Shown here piece by piece: positions 10,301 to 19,957 of a stretch of 64,000 nt of DNA. This stretch comes from Candidatus Thorarchaeota archaeon (GTDB lineage: Archaea > Asgardarchaeota > Thorarchaeia > Thorarchaeales > Thorarchaeaceae), in contig JBHLRP010000002.1 of NCBI GenBank assembly GCA_048882485.1, positions 102,527 through 166,526 of the forward strand. The letters run 5' to 3'. Position numbers and translations under genes: made by a program. The notes beneath the pieces were generated by a model. That model saw nothing but the letters and a program-made list of their open reading frames with translations. It did no database searches and was not told the origin of the DNA. Every line of letters begins with the position of its first letter. Within the stretch, counting starts at the first letter, position 1.

Positions 10301-13300
10301 AGTGGCGGCCGACATCTGTCACCAATCCCATTGGCGTATCCAAGAGCTATCTGACTGATTGGACCTATACAGGTGGAGTATTGACTCTTCTACCTGCCGC
10401 AGTGGATGTATATGGAGTCTGGATCTTGGAGTTTGAGGGGCTCAACTATCTGAGTGATTTACAGCTTGGAGTATTTGGCGGATCCCTATCTTCGACTGCT
10501 GAATTCCAGACAAACCATACAATGCAATTTGAAGGCACTTCCCTATGGCATGCCGGGTCGGCAACCCAGCTCTATCTAACGGATCCAACAGGATCTGCCT
10601 GGAGTACACCCATCACTCATAACACGGCTGGGAGTGACACCCATGAGATTCCGTCATTTCAATACAGAAAAGTAATCACCATTGATAATGCGAAAGTATA
10701 CGATGATGTTGCCAACTTCCCATTTCTGCTGGATATCACAGATGCAAATGTAGATGATCGAGCTCAAGCTGATGGCGACGACATTCTCTTTGTTCAGAAT
10801 GGGGTTGTCATTCCCCACGATCTTGTGGAATATACTGTGGCGGCAGGTTCTGCTCACGTTCTAGCGTGGGTTCAAGGCAACTTGTCCAACTTGGTGGATA
10901 CGGACATCACAATGTACTACGGTAACTCAATCGTTGGACCACAGGAGCAGCCAGCAGCTGTGTGGGGTGAAGAGTATGTTGGTGTCTACCATCTAGAGGA
11001 GTCCCCCACTGGCGCCACTGGCGAAATAATCGATTCTACGACGTATGGAAATGATGGAACTACTGAGGGATCCATGAATTCAGCTGACTTGGTTGATGCG
11101 ATGTTTGGCAAGGGACTTGATTTCGATGAGATTGATGATATGATACGAATAAAGGACGACGCAAGTCTGGACACTGTCGCAACCGCGGGAACTATCCAAT
11201 TATGGATTTGGTGGGATAATGCATCTGACGGCCAATGGCAGAATATCATGGATTCGAGCAATCGATTCAATGGCAATCCGAATGATGGATTTGAATGGGC
11301 TCAACAAAATGATGGTGATCACTTCTTCTACCCATGGGCCGGAGTGGGTTCAGATTATAATCTGGGGACGAATCCCTTTACTAATCAGCAATGGCACCAT
11401 CTAGCAGTTACCCTCAATTACACCAGCAGCCCAAAGAGTGTGAAGATGTACGTGGATGGGAGTGCCATTCCGATTGTAATTCCAAATGTTCCGATATTCT
11501 GGACCCAAATCGCAAATCCAGGAGATTGGCAATGGGGCGGAGATCCTGATTATCCAGACAGGTACTTTGACGGGATGTTTGATGAGATTCGAATTGCTAA
11601 TGTGGAACGCTCGGCGGGCTGGTTATTCACTGAGTTTGTCAATCAAGACAATCCAACAGCCTTCTACAACAATATCGGGTTAGAGCAATCGCGCCAGACA
11701 TACAACTCTACATTCGTGAAGGCTCTCGATGATACAGCAGCCGCAGGAATCTGGACTGTAACAGCCCTTTTCAACGATTCTGGAAGCGCTGTCGACTACA
11801 GTGTAGGAATATACGAACGAGAGTTCATTGTGAAACATGATACATCTTTGATATTGCAGGAACCAAGTGATGCAGTTGGAGACCGTCTTACCGTTACCAC
11901 AGCAGGCGAGTGGATTTATGTCGAATATGAGCTGACTGACGATATCACGGCAGCAGGTGTGCCTGATGCGACAGTCACCTTGAATTGGACCGTATCAGGT
12001 GCTCCGACTCAAATCATATTGGATGACTTTGGTACTGGCACCTATGGCAAGATGTTGAACACAAACAACTTGGGGACAGCTCAGCGATGGCGTGTCAATC
12101 TTCAATCTACTCATCAGTTCTACAATGATGCAACCGAGTACATCAACGTGGATCTATACCATCAAACAAATCTAGATTACGGAGATGTGACGACGACTCC
12201 AGCTGATGTTGACTTCACTGCAACATTGACCTTTACAGACATATATGATGGTTCTCCAATTGTAGGTGCGGAAATAACATTGGATGGTAGTCCCGTGACT
12301 CACAATGACTTGGGTCAAGGGAGGTATAGTGTGTCCATTCCAACTGGGGCTCTCAGCCTTGGTCAACATTGGTACATCTTCAATGCGACTCTAACTGGTA
12401 GCTATCTCGAGATGGCCAGTGTGAACATTACATTTACTCTCAGGCAACATTTCACCTCTGTCAACATCCAAGGCGACTTGGTTCAGCCATACGGCTTTGA
12501 TACACAGTTCGATGTGATATTTCTCGATCTTGATACCGGAGGTGCAGTCCCGCTTAGTGCTGTAAGTCAATTCTCATTTGACCCTGCATCCTATGGTATC
12601 CAAACTAGACCGGGGACTAGCTATTCCATAACTTTGACTACAAACACCTGGGATGTGGCTACAGAATCTGTGACGCTCACACTCACTATGGCTGACACAA
12701 AGTACGCGATTCCTCAAGCCTATTTGTTTGATATCGCAATACGAGCGCGATTTACTTCCGTATCAGTTTCAGGGTCCTTTGTGCAACCTCATGGAAATAT
12801 GACACCATTGAGTGTCTACCTCTGGGACCATGATGCAGAAGAAGTTGTACCAATTGGCTTTGTGGACGGGCTGATATTTACGTGGCCAGGCGATTCACAG
12901 GCAATTCTAAGTCCTTCCAGCTACAATGTGGTCCTTGATACTTCCACATGGGATGTTGGCACAACCACGGTGACTCTCATTGCGAATCTACCCGGTGCCG
13001 AATATCTTAATCCAAGCAATTTCGTCTTTGATATCACAATTCGTAGTATGTCCACGGTGCTCTATCATGATCCATCCGACCTGGTTTTTGCTGAGGGAAG
13101 TGATTTCTGGATTGATTTGCGTGTCAATGTTAGTGAGGCTGGAGCGAGCTTTGGTGAACCTGTTACTGGACTCACCCAAGGAGAATTCTCACTTAGAGGT
13201 AATCCGTATCCCTTCACCATTGACACAACAGACAATCTCATCGGACGATACCGATTGACGATTTCCTACGCAAACCTAGGCCCAGGGGCATTCACGATTA

Positions 13301-16300
13301 CTGTAATTGTGACCCCATCCGATGCTAGCCATGGTAGAGCTCAAGTCACGATTCAATTCTTCTATGCAGAGGTCCAGACTTCTCTTACATCACCGACACA
13401 TCCTCAGGTGACCACTCCATTTGCCACTGATGTTCAGTTGACTCTAAACTATACTGACATTGAGAGTGGACTTGGGATTCCAGGCGCAACTATTACAAAC
13501 ACGAGTATCAACATTTATGGGCTTGTCGACCAGGGAGCTGGGATCTACACGCTATGGCTTGATGTTACCGGATTTGCAGAAGGCAGTCATGCCTTCACCC
13601 TGGGCGCAGACAAGGTTGGCTATGAATCCCGATCCCTTTCATTCACTGTTTTGATTCGAATTGCATACACCTATGCGATTCCTTCTGTCGGTGCTCTCGA
13701 CATACCCATTGGCAATTCGCCTATTTTCTACGTCGATTATTGGGATATTGACCATGATGCGCCGGTCGACAACTCCTCTGCACCATATACGCGAGTATTG
13801 TCTACTTGGCATAATTTCACAGTCGTCTACATCCCTGCTCAGGAACGGTATCAGATAACCTTCATGACCTCAGATTCAGATTCTCTTCAGACCAATATTG
13901 TCTACACTTTCAACTTCTCTAGAGGGTCGAATTATCAATTTGGCATCTTCAATATTACAGTTTCAATACGAACTCACAACACTGACTTCCGATTAGTAAG
14001 CGCTATTGAGCCTACAAGTAATGTGGGAATAATAAACATCTCAGTCTACTATGGAGATCTTGATAACAACTTCGGCGTTGATTCAGTCAATGTTGCATTC
14101 AGTGTGGAAAATGCCAGCGGTTCAGTGATTTCAAGCAGCCTATCATTAGGTGGAGGCTTCTACATAATTCAGATCGCAGCTAATCAGTTCGGTTTAGGCG
14201 TTCAGACATTCACCGTCTACGCGGATTGGATGGGTCCATTTGCAAAATACCAGAACAAGGACTTTACAACAACTGCAAGTGTAGTCGGACTCGAATCAGC
14301 TCTAACACTCCTGCAGGCATCTGCACCAACACCCTATCTTGATAACATGAGCTTCTTATTCTTCTATAGTGAGCTAAGCGGCGTCGGCATCGATAATCTG
14401 ACAAGCAATGTGTTTATTCATGTCAGTTTCCAAGGTGAATCTGTTGACCTCGATCAAGTAAGCATCTATGACTATTCCATAACGCAGCCTGGCAACTACT
14501 CCATTCAGCTTAACACTTCAATCTTTGATAGAACAGGTATCATCTACATGAATGTCTTTGTGAATTGGACAAAAGGAGTTGCGCCATTCTATCAAAACCG
14601 AACTGATGTGGTCACGCTGAGAATTCTGCCCCGAGACACATTGGTATCTGTGTCGCCTCCTTCACCCACAAGCTATCTTGAGAATGCCTCCTTTACATTT
14701 ACTTTCGAGGATATTGCTGGAGAACCCAGTACTCTGATATTTGACTCCCCTTCACTTACAATCTCATCGAATGTGACCTTCTCCTATACAGAAACAGGAG
14801 GAACATACACATTCGAGTTCAACACGACAGAGTTCGGATCCCTTGGCAAGAAGGCTGTATTGCTGCATGTGAATTGGGCTGGCACTCCATTCTATAAGAA
14901 CAGAACGAATATCATTGTATACATCACTATTATTGGACGGTTGACATTCCTCGAGTATCTTGCACCTGCTCCAACCCAGTATAATGACAATGTTCAGTTC
15001 AATGTTACATGGACTGACATCACGGGTGGTGCATCGGATGGCATTATAGGAGCGACACTTGCGCTGTATCAGGATGCGACTCCGATAAATCCCATTTACT
15101 ACAGCTGGTTGGATATTGGCGGAGGTATCTATTCTGTAGATCTAAGTGCTACCTATAATCCTCCAGGAGAATACAACCTAAGAGTCGAGATGTCAATAGG
15201 CTTATTCTATATTTCTGACGCAACAGTCAACCGTCAATTCACAATACGGCAGCGCATCACTCTACTATCTGCGGAACCTGTGAGAGATGTGCCTTATAGC
15301 TCAGATGTCGAGATCATCCTATATTACCAGGACCTGTTTACAATTAGCTCAATATCCAATGTCACTGGTGCTGTCACTTTTGAGATTCTGAATCCTGGTG
15401 GTTGGAATTTTGTGATTAGCTACAACTTCGTAAACCAATACTATGAACTAAGTGTTACTACATCCGACCATCCTGAGCTGCTCATTGGAGTGACATATAC
15501 ATTCAATCTTAGAATGATCTATGACTCCATCGCTCCATATTATGCCGGTGATGACCTTTCCGTAGACTATGAGCTACGTGTAAGGGACTCCACCATTGAG
15601 CTAGACGCAGCCCCGACTTCCACTGCCTATGATAATGACGCAAGCTTTGTAGTCTACTATGAAGACGCAGATGCATTAAGTGGCATAGCAGGTGCAGATA
15701 TTTCGGTATATCTCAATGGTACTCAGCTAATTGAGAATACTGACTATACAATGAGTGAAGGGGCTGCAGGACTTTATCTATTCGATGTGGATACAGGCTC
15801 ATTGGTAGGCCTTGGCCTTAATACTCTGGTAGTTTATGCGAATTGGCTGGGCACTCCCTATCATGAAAATCTGACAATCAGTGTTGGTATAGTTGTACGT
15901 GAACGATCTACAATAATTGAGTTTACTCAACCACCAGCTAGAACTGAATACCTTGATGATGTGGCTTTCAAATTTGTATACAAGGACCTAGACACAGGTG
16001 CTGCTGGTGGGAATCCTGTTCTTGGTCTGACAAAGACCGAAGTCAGACTCTACTACAAGAATGGCACAGAGATACCCTCTCCATATTTCTCATTGGCTCC
16101 TGATGGCAATGCGTATGAGATAGTCGTTAATTCGGCACTTCTTAGTGCGGTGCTTGATAATGCCTACTCTCTGAGGGTGGATGTCGATTGGAATATCGGA
16201 ATTGCCCCGTATTATGAGGATGATTCCACAACTCTTAGAGTCACAATAGTAGGCCGATCGATGTCTGTTGATCCCGCAACGATAGAAACCACTCCTCAAA

Positions 16301-19300
16301 CAGGCCCGCTTGGTACGGAGAACATGACTATTTTCTTCACAGTTTCTGATGCTAGTAATGGCAACCCCATTGAAGGAGCAACTATCATCCTTACATGCCA
16401 GGAGCAAGGAATCTTCACATCTTGGCTGATTCGAGGCACAGGTCCCGAAGCGGGTGAGTATACAATTGAAGTTGACACTCTCACGTTGACTACTGGAATC
16501 GGGCACGGCACGTTTCACTTTGAACTAGAAGTTCAGTGGAATCCATCAGATATTCCGTATTATCAAAATAGGTCTGCCATCGTATTGACTGGCGTTGTCG
16601 ACCTTGTATTAACGAATCTACAGGCTGATGCTCCTTCGCCTGCGGCGCCGTACATTGGCCAAAATGTTTCTCTGATTGTCACTTTCACTGACATAGACCA
16701 TAGTGTGGGAATTGATGGCGCTGGATTTACAATTGAATACGCTGTGGGTCCCGTTTTTGTGGAAACTCCTGGTTACAGTCTTACTGGAACTTCTGGTGAG
16801 TATAACATCACTTTTGGCACAGGAAATATTCCGCAACAGGATTCTTATGTTCTGAGGATTACTTTTTCCAAACCGGGGTACTCTCCACAAGTGGTATTGC
16901 CTACAATTACAGTTCAGAATAAACCTACAAGGATTGATGTGCATCAGGTTTCGTATGTGGTGAATTGGACTGAAACAGTTACAATTTACGTCAATTTCAC
17001 TGATACATTCAATGATGAACTCATTCCTCTTGCAAGTGTCACTTGGAGCTATCGTGACTATCAAGATCAAAGCTTCGCAATAGCAGGCAATGGAATATAC
17101 TCTGCAGATATTACTGCAGACCTATATGATTCAGGCACATGGGTGTTATCAATCAAGGCTGAAAAGGAACAATTTCAGCTTGCAACTGCGACTATTACTC
17201 TTGTTGTTCTGCCTCTCCCAAGTGAGATGGAAATCGTAAAGCCAGCGCAGGCTATTTATGATGTACCTCGTGGTGATCTGGTGAATATCACAGTCTTTCT
17301 GAATGATACAACCAACGTTCTGCCAATAGCAAGAGAGGAAGTAGTACGAGTCTATATCCTATTCCAAGGCATCCAATATCCAATGCAGGAAGACACCAGC
17401 TTTGGGAGTGGAGGCTATTGGTGGGGATACGTTCCCGGCTCTGTTACAGGAAACCTCGATCCCCGTGCATATGATGTCCGAGTAACGGCTGAATTTGTGA
17501 ACTACGAGCTTGCAGTCGGCCAATTTGGAATCTACATTCAACAGACAAGAACTGAGATTCGAATATGGGACGAAAAGACATCTCAATTCTCGAATGAAAC
17601 GGTGACATTTGAAGCCGTGTTCCTTGAAGAAGTGAATTTCACTCTGCAAATCATCGCACCTGCTCCTGCGTTCACCAATGCGAGCAATACATGGGAGATA
17701 AACAGCTCCTTGGTTTACTGGTTTGAATCTAGGTGGGTACTCAACTACACTTTCACCTTCAAGGGAAATGGTATCTTCGAGTTGCTGTTCAACACGTCGG
17801 AAGCATCTTACGGAACATGGGGTCTGACATTCACCTCAATTCCAACAAACACATTCTTTGCTGAAGACGCTCTTCTTGTCACCTTGGTTATCGCAAAAAT
17901 CCCTACGGATGTCACGCCGCCCATTGTGGGCGATTTCTATTGGGGCTGGAACGGAACCTTAAGTTTCGATTATTGGGACACCCATTATGACAAAGGGGTC
18001 ATTAATGCCACGGTGAAATATTCATACTACAACTTCAAGGATTTACCTGGCTATGACTGTCGAAACGGAACTTACCTAGTCTATATTGATACCGCATTCC
18101 TTTTCCCAAGCCCCACAATAGGGTATCCTATTATTGTCACATTCGAATACGAAGAAGGCGACTATGAGAGTCGAACTTCAGGCGTAATAATTAAGGTTCT
18201 CGAGGTGCCTACCGAAATACTTCTGAACACCACAGGAGCCCTCGGTGGTTTTACTCAGCTAGATGGAGAAATCAAGGTCTTCGAATATGATGTTGCTTTT
18301 GGCGGAATCATTGATTTTGAGTTTCTATACAATGATACAGATGATTCTGAAGGATATGTTGGAGGAATATCAGGCTCAGTGACGAATCGCACTAATCTAT
18401 ATCACACTATTAACATGAACAGTGATTCGCCGCTATTGGCAGAGGTTGGCAACGGTATGTATAGATTCCAGTTTAGTACCATGAATAGTCGGCTGTTTGA
18501 CAAGATAGGCGGGATCCCAGGAGCCAGTCCAGACATTCCTTATATTTTTGAAGTGACACTATGGCTCGCTAATCGGTCTGCTGGTACGGTTCGAATCCTA
18601 ATTACAGTCATCGAAGTTCCAACTGAAATCAGCCTTGTCGATTCTCATCTATTAATTGGCTATGGGCTGGAAGGCTATGTAACAGTGCTATATTGGGATG
18701 ATTGGAATAATCAGCCTATTACAGGAGCTAACATAACTGCAGATACTAATAATCGCTTTGTAATTGTAACAGATGCCTACGAAAACTCTACCCCAGGCTA
18801 CTATACGGTTCGTTTTATGGGCTATGCAGAAATCCTAGATATCTTTCGGGACGAACAAGATGCCTCTATTATTTTCAGTTTAACTAAGGAAAATTATCTG
18901 GCCAAAAGTCAGATTGATCTTGATGTTGTAATCCAAGCCCAGGTACTCCTTACGCCCATGGAAATAGTGATTCGAGATTATGGCCCTCTCCTTATACCAT
19001 TGAGTCTAGTCATGGTGCTTCTACTAGCTGGCTACGTAAGGGTGTGGAGCGTACCAAAGAGAATACGCCAGATAAATAGCCAAATCAAAGCAATTCGTAA
19101 GGGCAAAATGCCCAAGCCAATTTCTGACGTTATGAGCAGAAAGCAGCTTCTATCTGGTCTCTTCAACGATACCTATGCCCAGATGAAAATAACGCGAACA
19201 CCTGAGCAAATGCCTGAGGAGTCAATAGAAATAGCTGTGCCAGAAATGGGCGAATTGCTCATCCAGCTGGCAATACTCACCAATCTCAGTGCTGACGAAC

Positions 19301-19764
19301 TGGAGGAGTTCCAAGCTGACATCTCTAAAATGCGACTCAGTGAACAGGCCGCCTTTGTCAGAGAAGTCATCATGCAAGAGGCAGTTCGCGCCGCTCGACG
19401 AGATGGCAAAACACCCGAAGAAATAATTGAGCAGGTAAGAGTGGAAGCTCTCCGCAGGGTTAGTGGCGAAGAAGGTGTTATCGATGTGGGTCTGGCTGTC
19501 AAAGAAATGGAGGAAGAGTCCGTGCGAATAGTGGCTGAAGAGAAGCCTAAGAAGGAGGTCGAACCTGATGTTGCTCCCTCAGAAGAGGAACCCTCCGCTC
19601 CCGGCGAAAAACTCAGTCAATATGAACTAGAGGAACTTCGAAAGGAGCTGGAATCTCGAGGCGTTCCTCCACATGAAATCGACACGATCATGGAGCAGGC
19701 TCGAGTGCTTCCGCGCGAATTGGTCGAGGAGCTCGTGAAGAGCCTTGGCGACAGGAAGAAGTAG
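7399..19764 (+). CDS. Giant type-I membrane surface protein 1 (about 4121 aa; two DUF2341 + LamG modules, many Ig-like repeats, TM helix, cytoplasmic domain)
   Basis: Signal peptide after ATG 7399 (GGAGGT upstream). DUF2341-like segments (DLTDFPLLI..GDDIAF..HEIE..AWVKVP..TIITMLYG). LamG signatures (FDGKIDEIR, FDGMFDEIR). About 100-aa beta-rich repeats with many N-x-S/T sequons. TM at about 18990-19038. Confidence 0.88.
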   Translation: MPLRKGSFLAIFLVLLFVAPANNGHSPFVNPASTHSPYESDGDTPFGFLAGDSMSGSGDPLSTYVSGILENSSETQIDSSTSVTGSLSVPSGYSGTSLDVGIDSLSMTVTDNLRNPSFTTWHDERWHVGNSINFYDDNIDVPDSWTLVKSVNYDDAHPLHGDWELNDYSGGYGGSRAWRFEATIGGSDSLTPDDAIYLSQFLHAPWRDLYEIRISFYYYVLSTSNMLDQVHLFFKLGDLAEEKFHVFQPGDTTDAWLQETVTYTSADLSSVTVPDSLLFNIGLATDVSGTLGTYQAAFVYVDEVKIEMDVRPYPEQIGLNANNTAVVGSIAGNISTFVPDNDGRDCWDYSNLGIDLDGYNNDGRPEWGLWGTFWNTSEPYELGLQFPLDIPKGAVIENAYVEIQSAGGSGVVHGRVHLSSEMAAGGAIESFADHEQNYEHLEDTYSWLAASYDWQLTAWGNGVRYATPDISPLLQNVVSSSDWSSGQYIAVMVSYMWSSYYQYYNNIRGSLYDTNDADDNARLYVSYRVPLAEDVVLVDREEARRTLKYKKGITVDYTKVAADLTDFPLLIDIIDTDLHTDVFPGGDDIAFMVDGQFVEHEIEFFDQNHSPTEAHLVAWVKVPFLSSSTDTIITMLYGGSDARSLETKGVFADYEIVHHMNEAPNGTLVDSSGNLHYGYSIGGMTDTQSVAGAIGSSINFDGSDDAITVGQIDTDEWPSFTVTGWVSQDVVGDDRIFSKAPNTDGTQAIIHFAINGASAFRVRMNTDGTGGGASGSVDSTTLTVPGNWVYLAWSWSAATASMRLYVNGTFDRSVARDGDTVLDSILPFVIGNWQTGPYDNRFFDGKIDEIRMTQMVLSDGWIETEFNNQLDPSTFYSMGSEQSNAATPDVTYTSVQFTTGSSIPVNLGFTLALDFEGFGKSLDENFNEGTTFHAVNDSSTVTWIAKVLVAPLPNVAKMEVQISYPMTEWRPTSVTNPIGVSKSYLTDWTYTGGVLTLLPAAVDVYGVWILEFEGLNYLSDLQLGVFGGSLSSTAEFQTNHTMQFEGTSLWHAGSATQLYLTDPTGSAWSTPITHNTAGSDTHEIPSFQYRKVITIDNAKVYDDVANFPFLLDITDANVDDRAQADGDDILFVQNGVVIPHDLVEYTVAAGSAHVLAWVQGNLSNLVDTDITMYYGNSIVGPQEQPAAVWGEEYVGVYHLEESPTGATGEIIDSTTYGNDGTTEGSMNSADLVDAMFGKGLDFDEIDDMIRIKDDASLDTVATAGTIQLWIWWDNASDGQWQNIMDSSNRFNGNPNDGFEWAQQNDGDHFFYPWAGVGSDYNLGTNPFTNQQWHHLAVTLNYTSSPKSVKMYVDGSAIPIVIPNVPIFWTQIANPGDWQWGGDPDYPDRYFDGMFDEIRIANVERSAGWLFTEFVNQDNPTAFYNNIGLEQSRQTYNSTFVKALDDTAAAGIWTVTALFNDSGSAVDYSVGIYEREFIVKHDTSLILQEPSDAVGDRLTVTTAGEWIYVEYELTDDITAAGVPDATVTLNWTVSGAPTQIILDDFGTGTYGKMLNTNNLGTAQRWRVNLQSTHQFYNDATEYINVDLYHQTNLDYGDVTTTPADVDFTATLTFTDIYDGSPIVGAEITLDGSPVTHNDLGQGRYSVSIPTGALSLGQHWYIFNATLTGSYLEMASVNITFTLRQHFTSVNIQGDLVQPYGFDTQFDVIFLDLDTGGAVPLSAVSQFSFDPASYGIQTRPGTSYSITLTTNTWDVATESVTLTLTMADTKYAIPQAYLFDIAIRARFTSVSVSGSFVQPHGNMTPLSVYLWDHDAEEVVPIGFVDGLIFTWPGDSQAILSPSSYNVVLDTSTWDVGTTTVTLIANLPGAEYLNPSNFVFDITIRSMSTVLYHDPSDLVFAEGSDFWIDLRVNVSEAGASFGEPVTGLTQGEFSLRGNPYPFTIDTTDNLIGRYRLTISYANLGPGAFTITVIVTPSDASHGRAQVTIQFFYAEVQTSLTSPTHPQVTTPFATDVQLTLNYTDIESGLGIPGATITNTSINIYGLVDQGAGIYTLWLDVTGFAEGSHAFTLGADKVGYESRSLSFTVLIRIAYTYAIPSVGALDIPIGNSPIFYVDYWDIDHDAPVDNSSAPYTRVLSTWHNFTVVYIPAQERYQITFMTSDSDSLQTNIVYTFNFSRGSNYQFGIFNITVSIRTHNTDFRLVSAIEPTSNVGIINISVYYGDLDNNFGVDSVNVAFSVENASGSVISSSLSLGGGFYIIQIAANQFGLGVQTFTVYADWMGPFAKYQNKDFTTTASVVGLESALTLLQASAPTPYLDNMSFLFFYSELSGVGIDNLTSNVFIHVSFQGESVDLDQVSIYDYSITQPGNYSIQLNTSIFDRTGIIYMNVFVNWTKGVAPFYQNRTDVVTLRILPRDTLVSVSPPSPTSYLENASFTFTFEDIAGEPSTLIFDSPSLTISSNVTFSYTETGGTYTFEFNTTEFGSLGKKAVLLHVNWAGTPFYKNRTNIIVYITIIGRLTFLEYLAPAPTQYNDNVQFNVTWTDITGGASDGIIGATLALYQDATPINPIYYSWLDIGGGIYSVDLSATYNPPGEYNLRVEMSIGLFYISDATVNRQFTIRQRITLLSAEPVRDVPYSSDVEIILYYQDLFTISSISNVTGAVTFEILNPGGWNFVISYNFVNQYYELSVTTSDHPELLIGVTYTFNLRMIYDSIAPYYAGDDLSVDYELRVRDSTIELDAAPTSTAYDNDASFVVYYEDADALSGIAGADISVYLNGTQLIENTDYTMSEGAAGLYLFDVDTGSLVGLGLNTLVVYANWLGTPYHENLTISVGIVVRERSTIIEFTQPPARTEYLDDVAFKFVYKDLDTGAAGGNPVLGLTKTEVRLYYKNGTEIPSPYFSLAPDGNAYEIVVNSALLSAVLDNAYSLRVDVDWNIGIAPYYEDDSTTLRVTIVGRSMSVDPATIETTPQTGPLGTENMTIFFTVSDASNGNPIEGATIILTCQEQGIFTSWLIRGTGPEAGEYTIEVDTLTLTTGIGHGTFHFELEVQWNPSDIPYYQNRSAIVLTGVVDLVLTNLQADAPSPAAPYIGQNVSLIVTFTDIDHSVGIDGAGFTIEYAVGPVFVETPGYSLTGTSGEYNITFGTGNIPQQDSYVLRITFSKPGYSPQVVLPTITVQNKPTRIDVHQVSYVVNWTETVTIYVNFTDTFNDELIPLASVTWSYRDYQDQSFAIAGNGIYSADITADLYDSGTWVLSIKAEKEQFQLATATITLVVLPLPSEMEIVKPAQAIYDVPRGDLVNITVFLNDTTNVLPIAREEVVRVYILFQGIQYPMQEDTSFGSGGYWWGYVPGSVTGNLDPRAYDVRVTAEFVNYELAVGQFGIYIQQTRTEIRIWDEKTSQFSNETVTFEAVFLEEVNFTLQIIAPAPAFTNASNTWEINSSLVYWFESRWVLNYTFTFKGNGIFELLFNTSEASYGTWGLTFTSIPTNTFFAEDALLVTLVIAKIPTDVTPPIVGDFYWGWNGTLSFDYWDTHYDKGVINATVKYSYYNFKDLPGYDCRNGTYLVYIDTAFLFPSPTIGYPIIVTFEYEEGDYESRTSGVIIKVLEVPTEILLNTTGALGGFTQLDGEIKVFEYDVAFGGIIDFEFLYNDTDDSEGYVGGISGSVTNRTNLYHTINMNSDSPLLAEVGNGMYRFQFSTMNSRLFDKIGGIPGASPDIPYIFEVTLWLANRSAGTVRILITVIEVPTEISLVDSHLLIGYGLEGYVTVLYWDDWNNQPITGANITADTNNRFVIVTDAYENSTPGYYTVRFMGYAEILDIFRDEQDASIIFSLTKENYLAKSQIDLDVVIQAQVLLTPMEIVIRDYGPLLIPLSLVMVLLLAGYVRVWSVPKRIRQINSQIKAIRKGKMPKPISDVMSRKQLLSGLFNDTYAQMKITRTPEQMPEESIEIAVPEMGELLIQLAILTNLSADELEEFQADISKMRLSEQAAFVREVIMQEAVRAARRDGKTPEEIIEQVRVEALRRVSGEEGVIDVGLAVKEMEEESVRIVAEEKPKKEVEPDVAPSEEEPSAPGEKLSQYELEELRKELESRGVPPHEIDTIMEQARVLPRELVEELVKSLGDRKK

Positions 19765-19800
19765 CCCCTATGCTTCTTCCTTCCATCTTTCTTATCTTTC
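19765..19800 (+). terminator. Pyrimidine-rich archaeal-type terminator
   Basis: CCCCTATGCTTCTTCCTTCCATCTTTCTTATCTTTC immediately after the stop codon. Confidence 0.45.
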
Positions 19801-19840
19801 GAAAAATAGACAGCTCTGACTACAGGTTATTGAGAATCGA

Positions 19841-19860
19841 CACACCATTTGTTATTATAC
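19841..19860 (+). promoter_or_regulatory. Putative promoter element of giant protein 2
   Basis: CACACCATTTGTTATTATAC, similar to 7289-7310. Confidence 0.45.
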
Positions 19861-19957
19861 ATGTCTTGTCAGTCAGTACCCGCCACATGCTATTCCCTCG
19901 AATGTAATCCAAAAACTGGGAGTTCTGCAGGGAATGGACATACTGAGGTTGTCTGCA

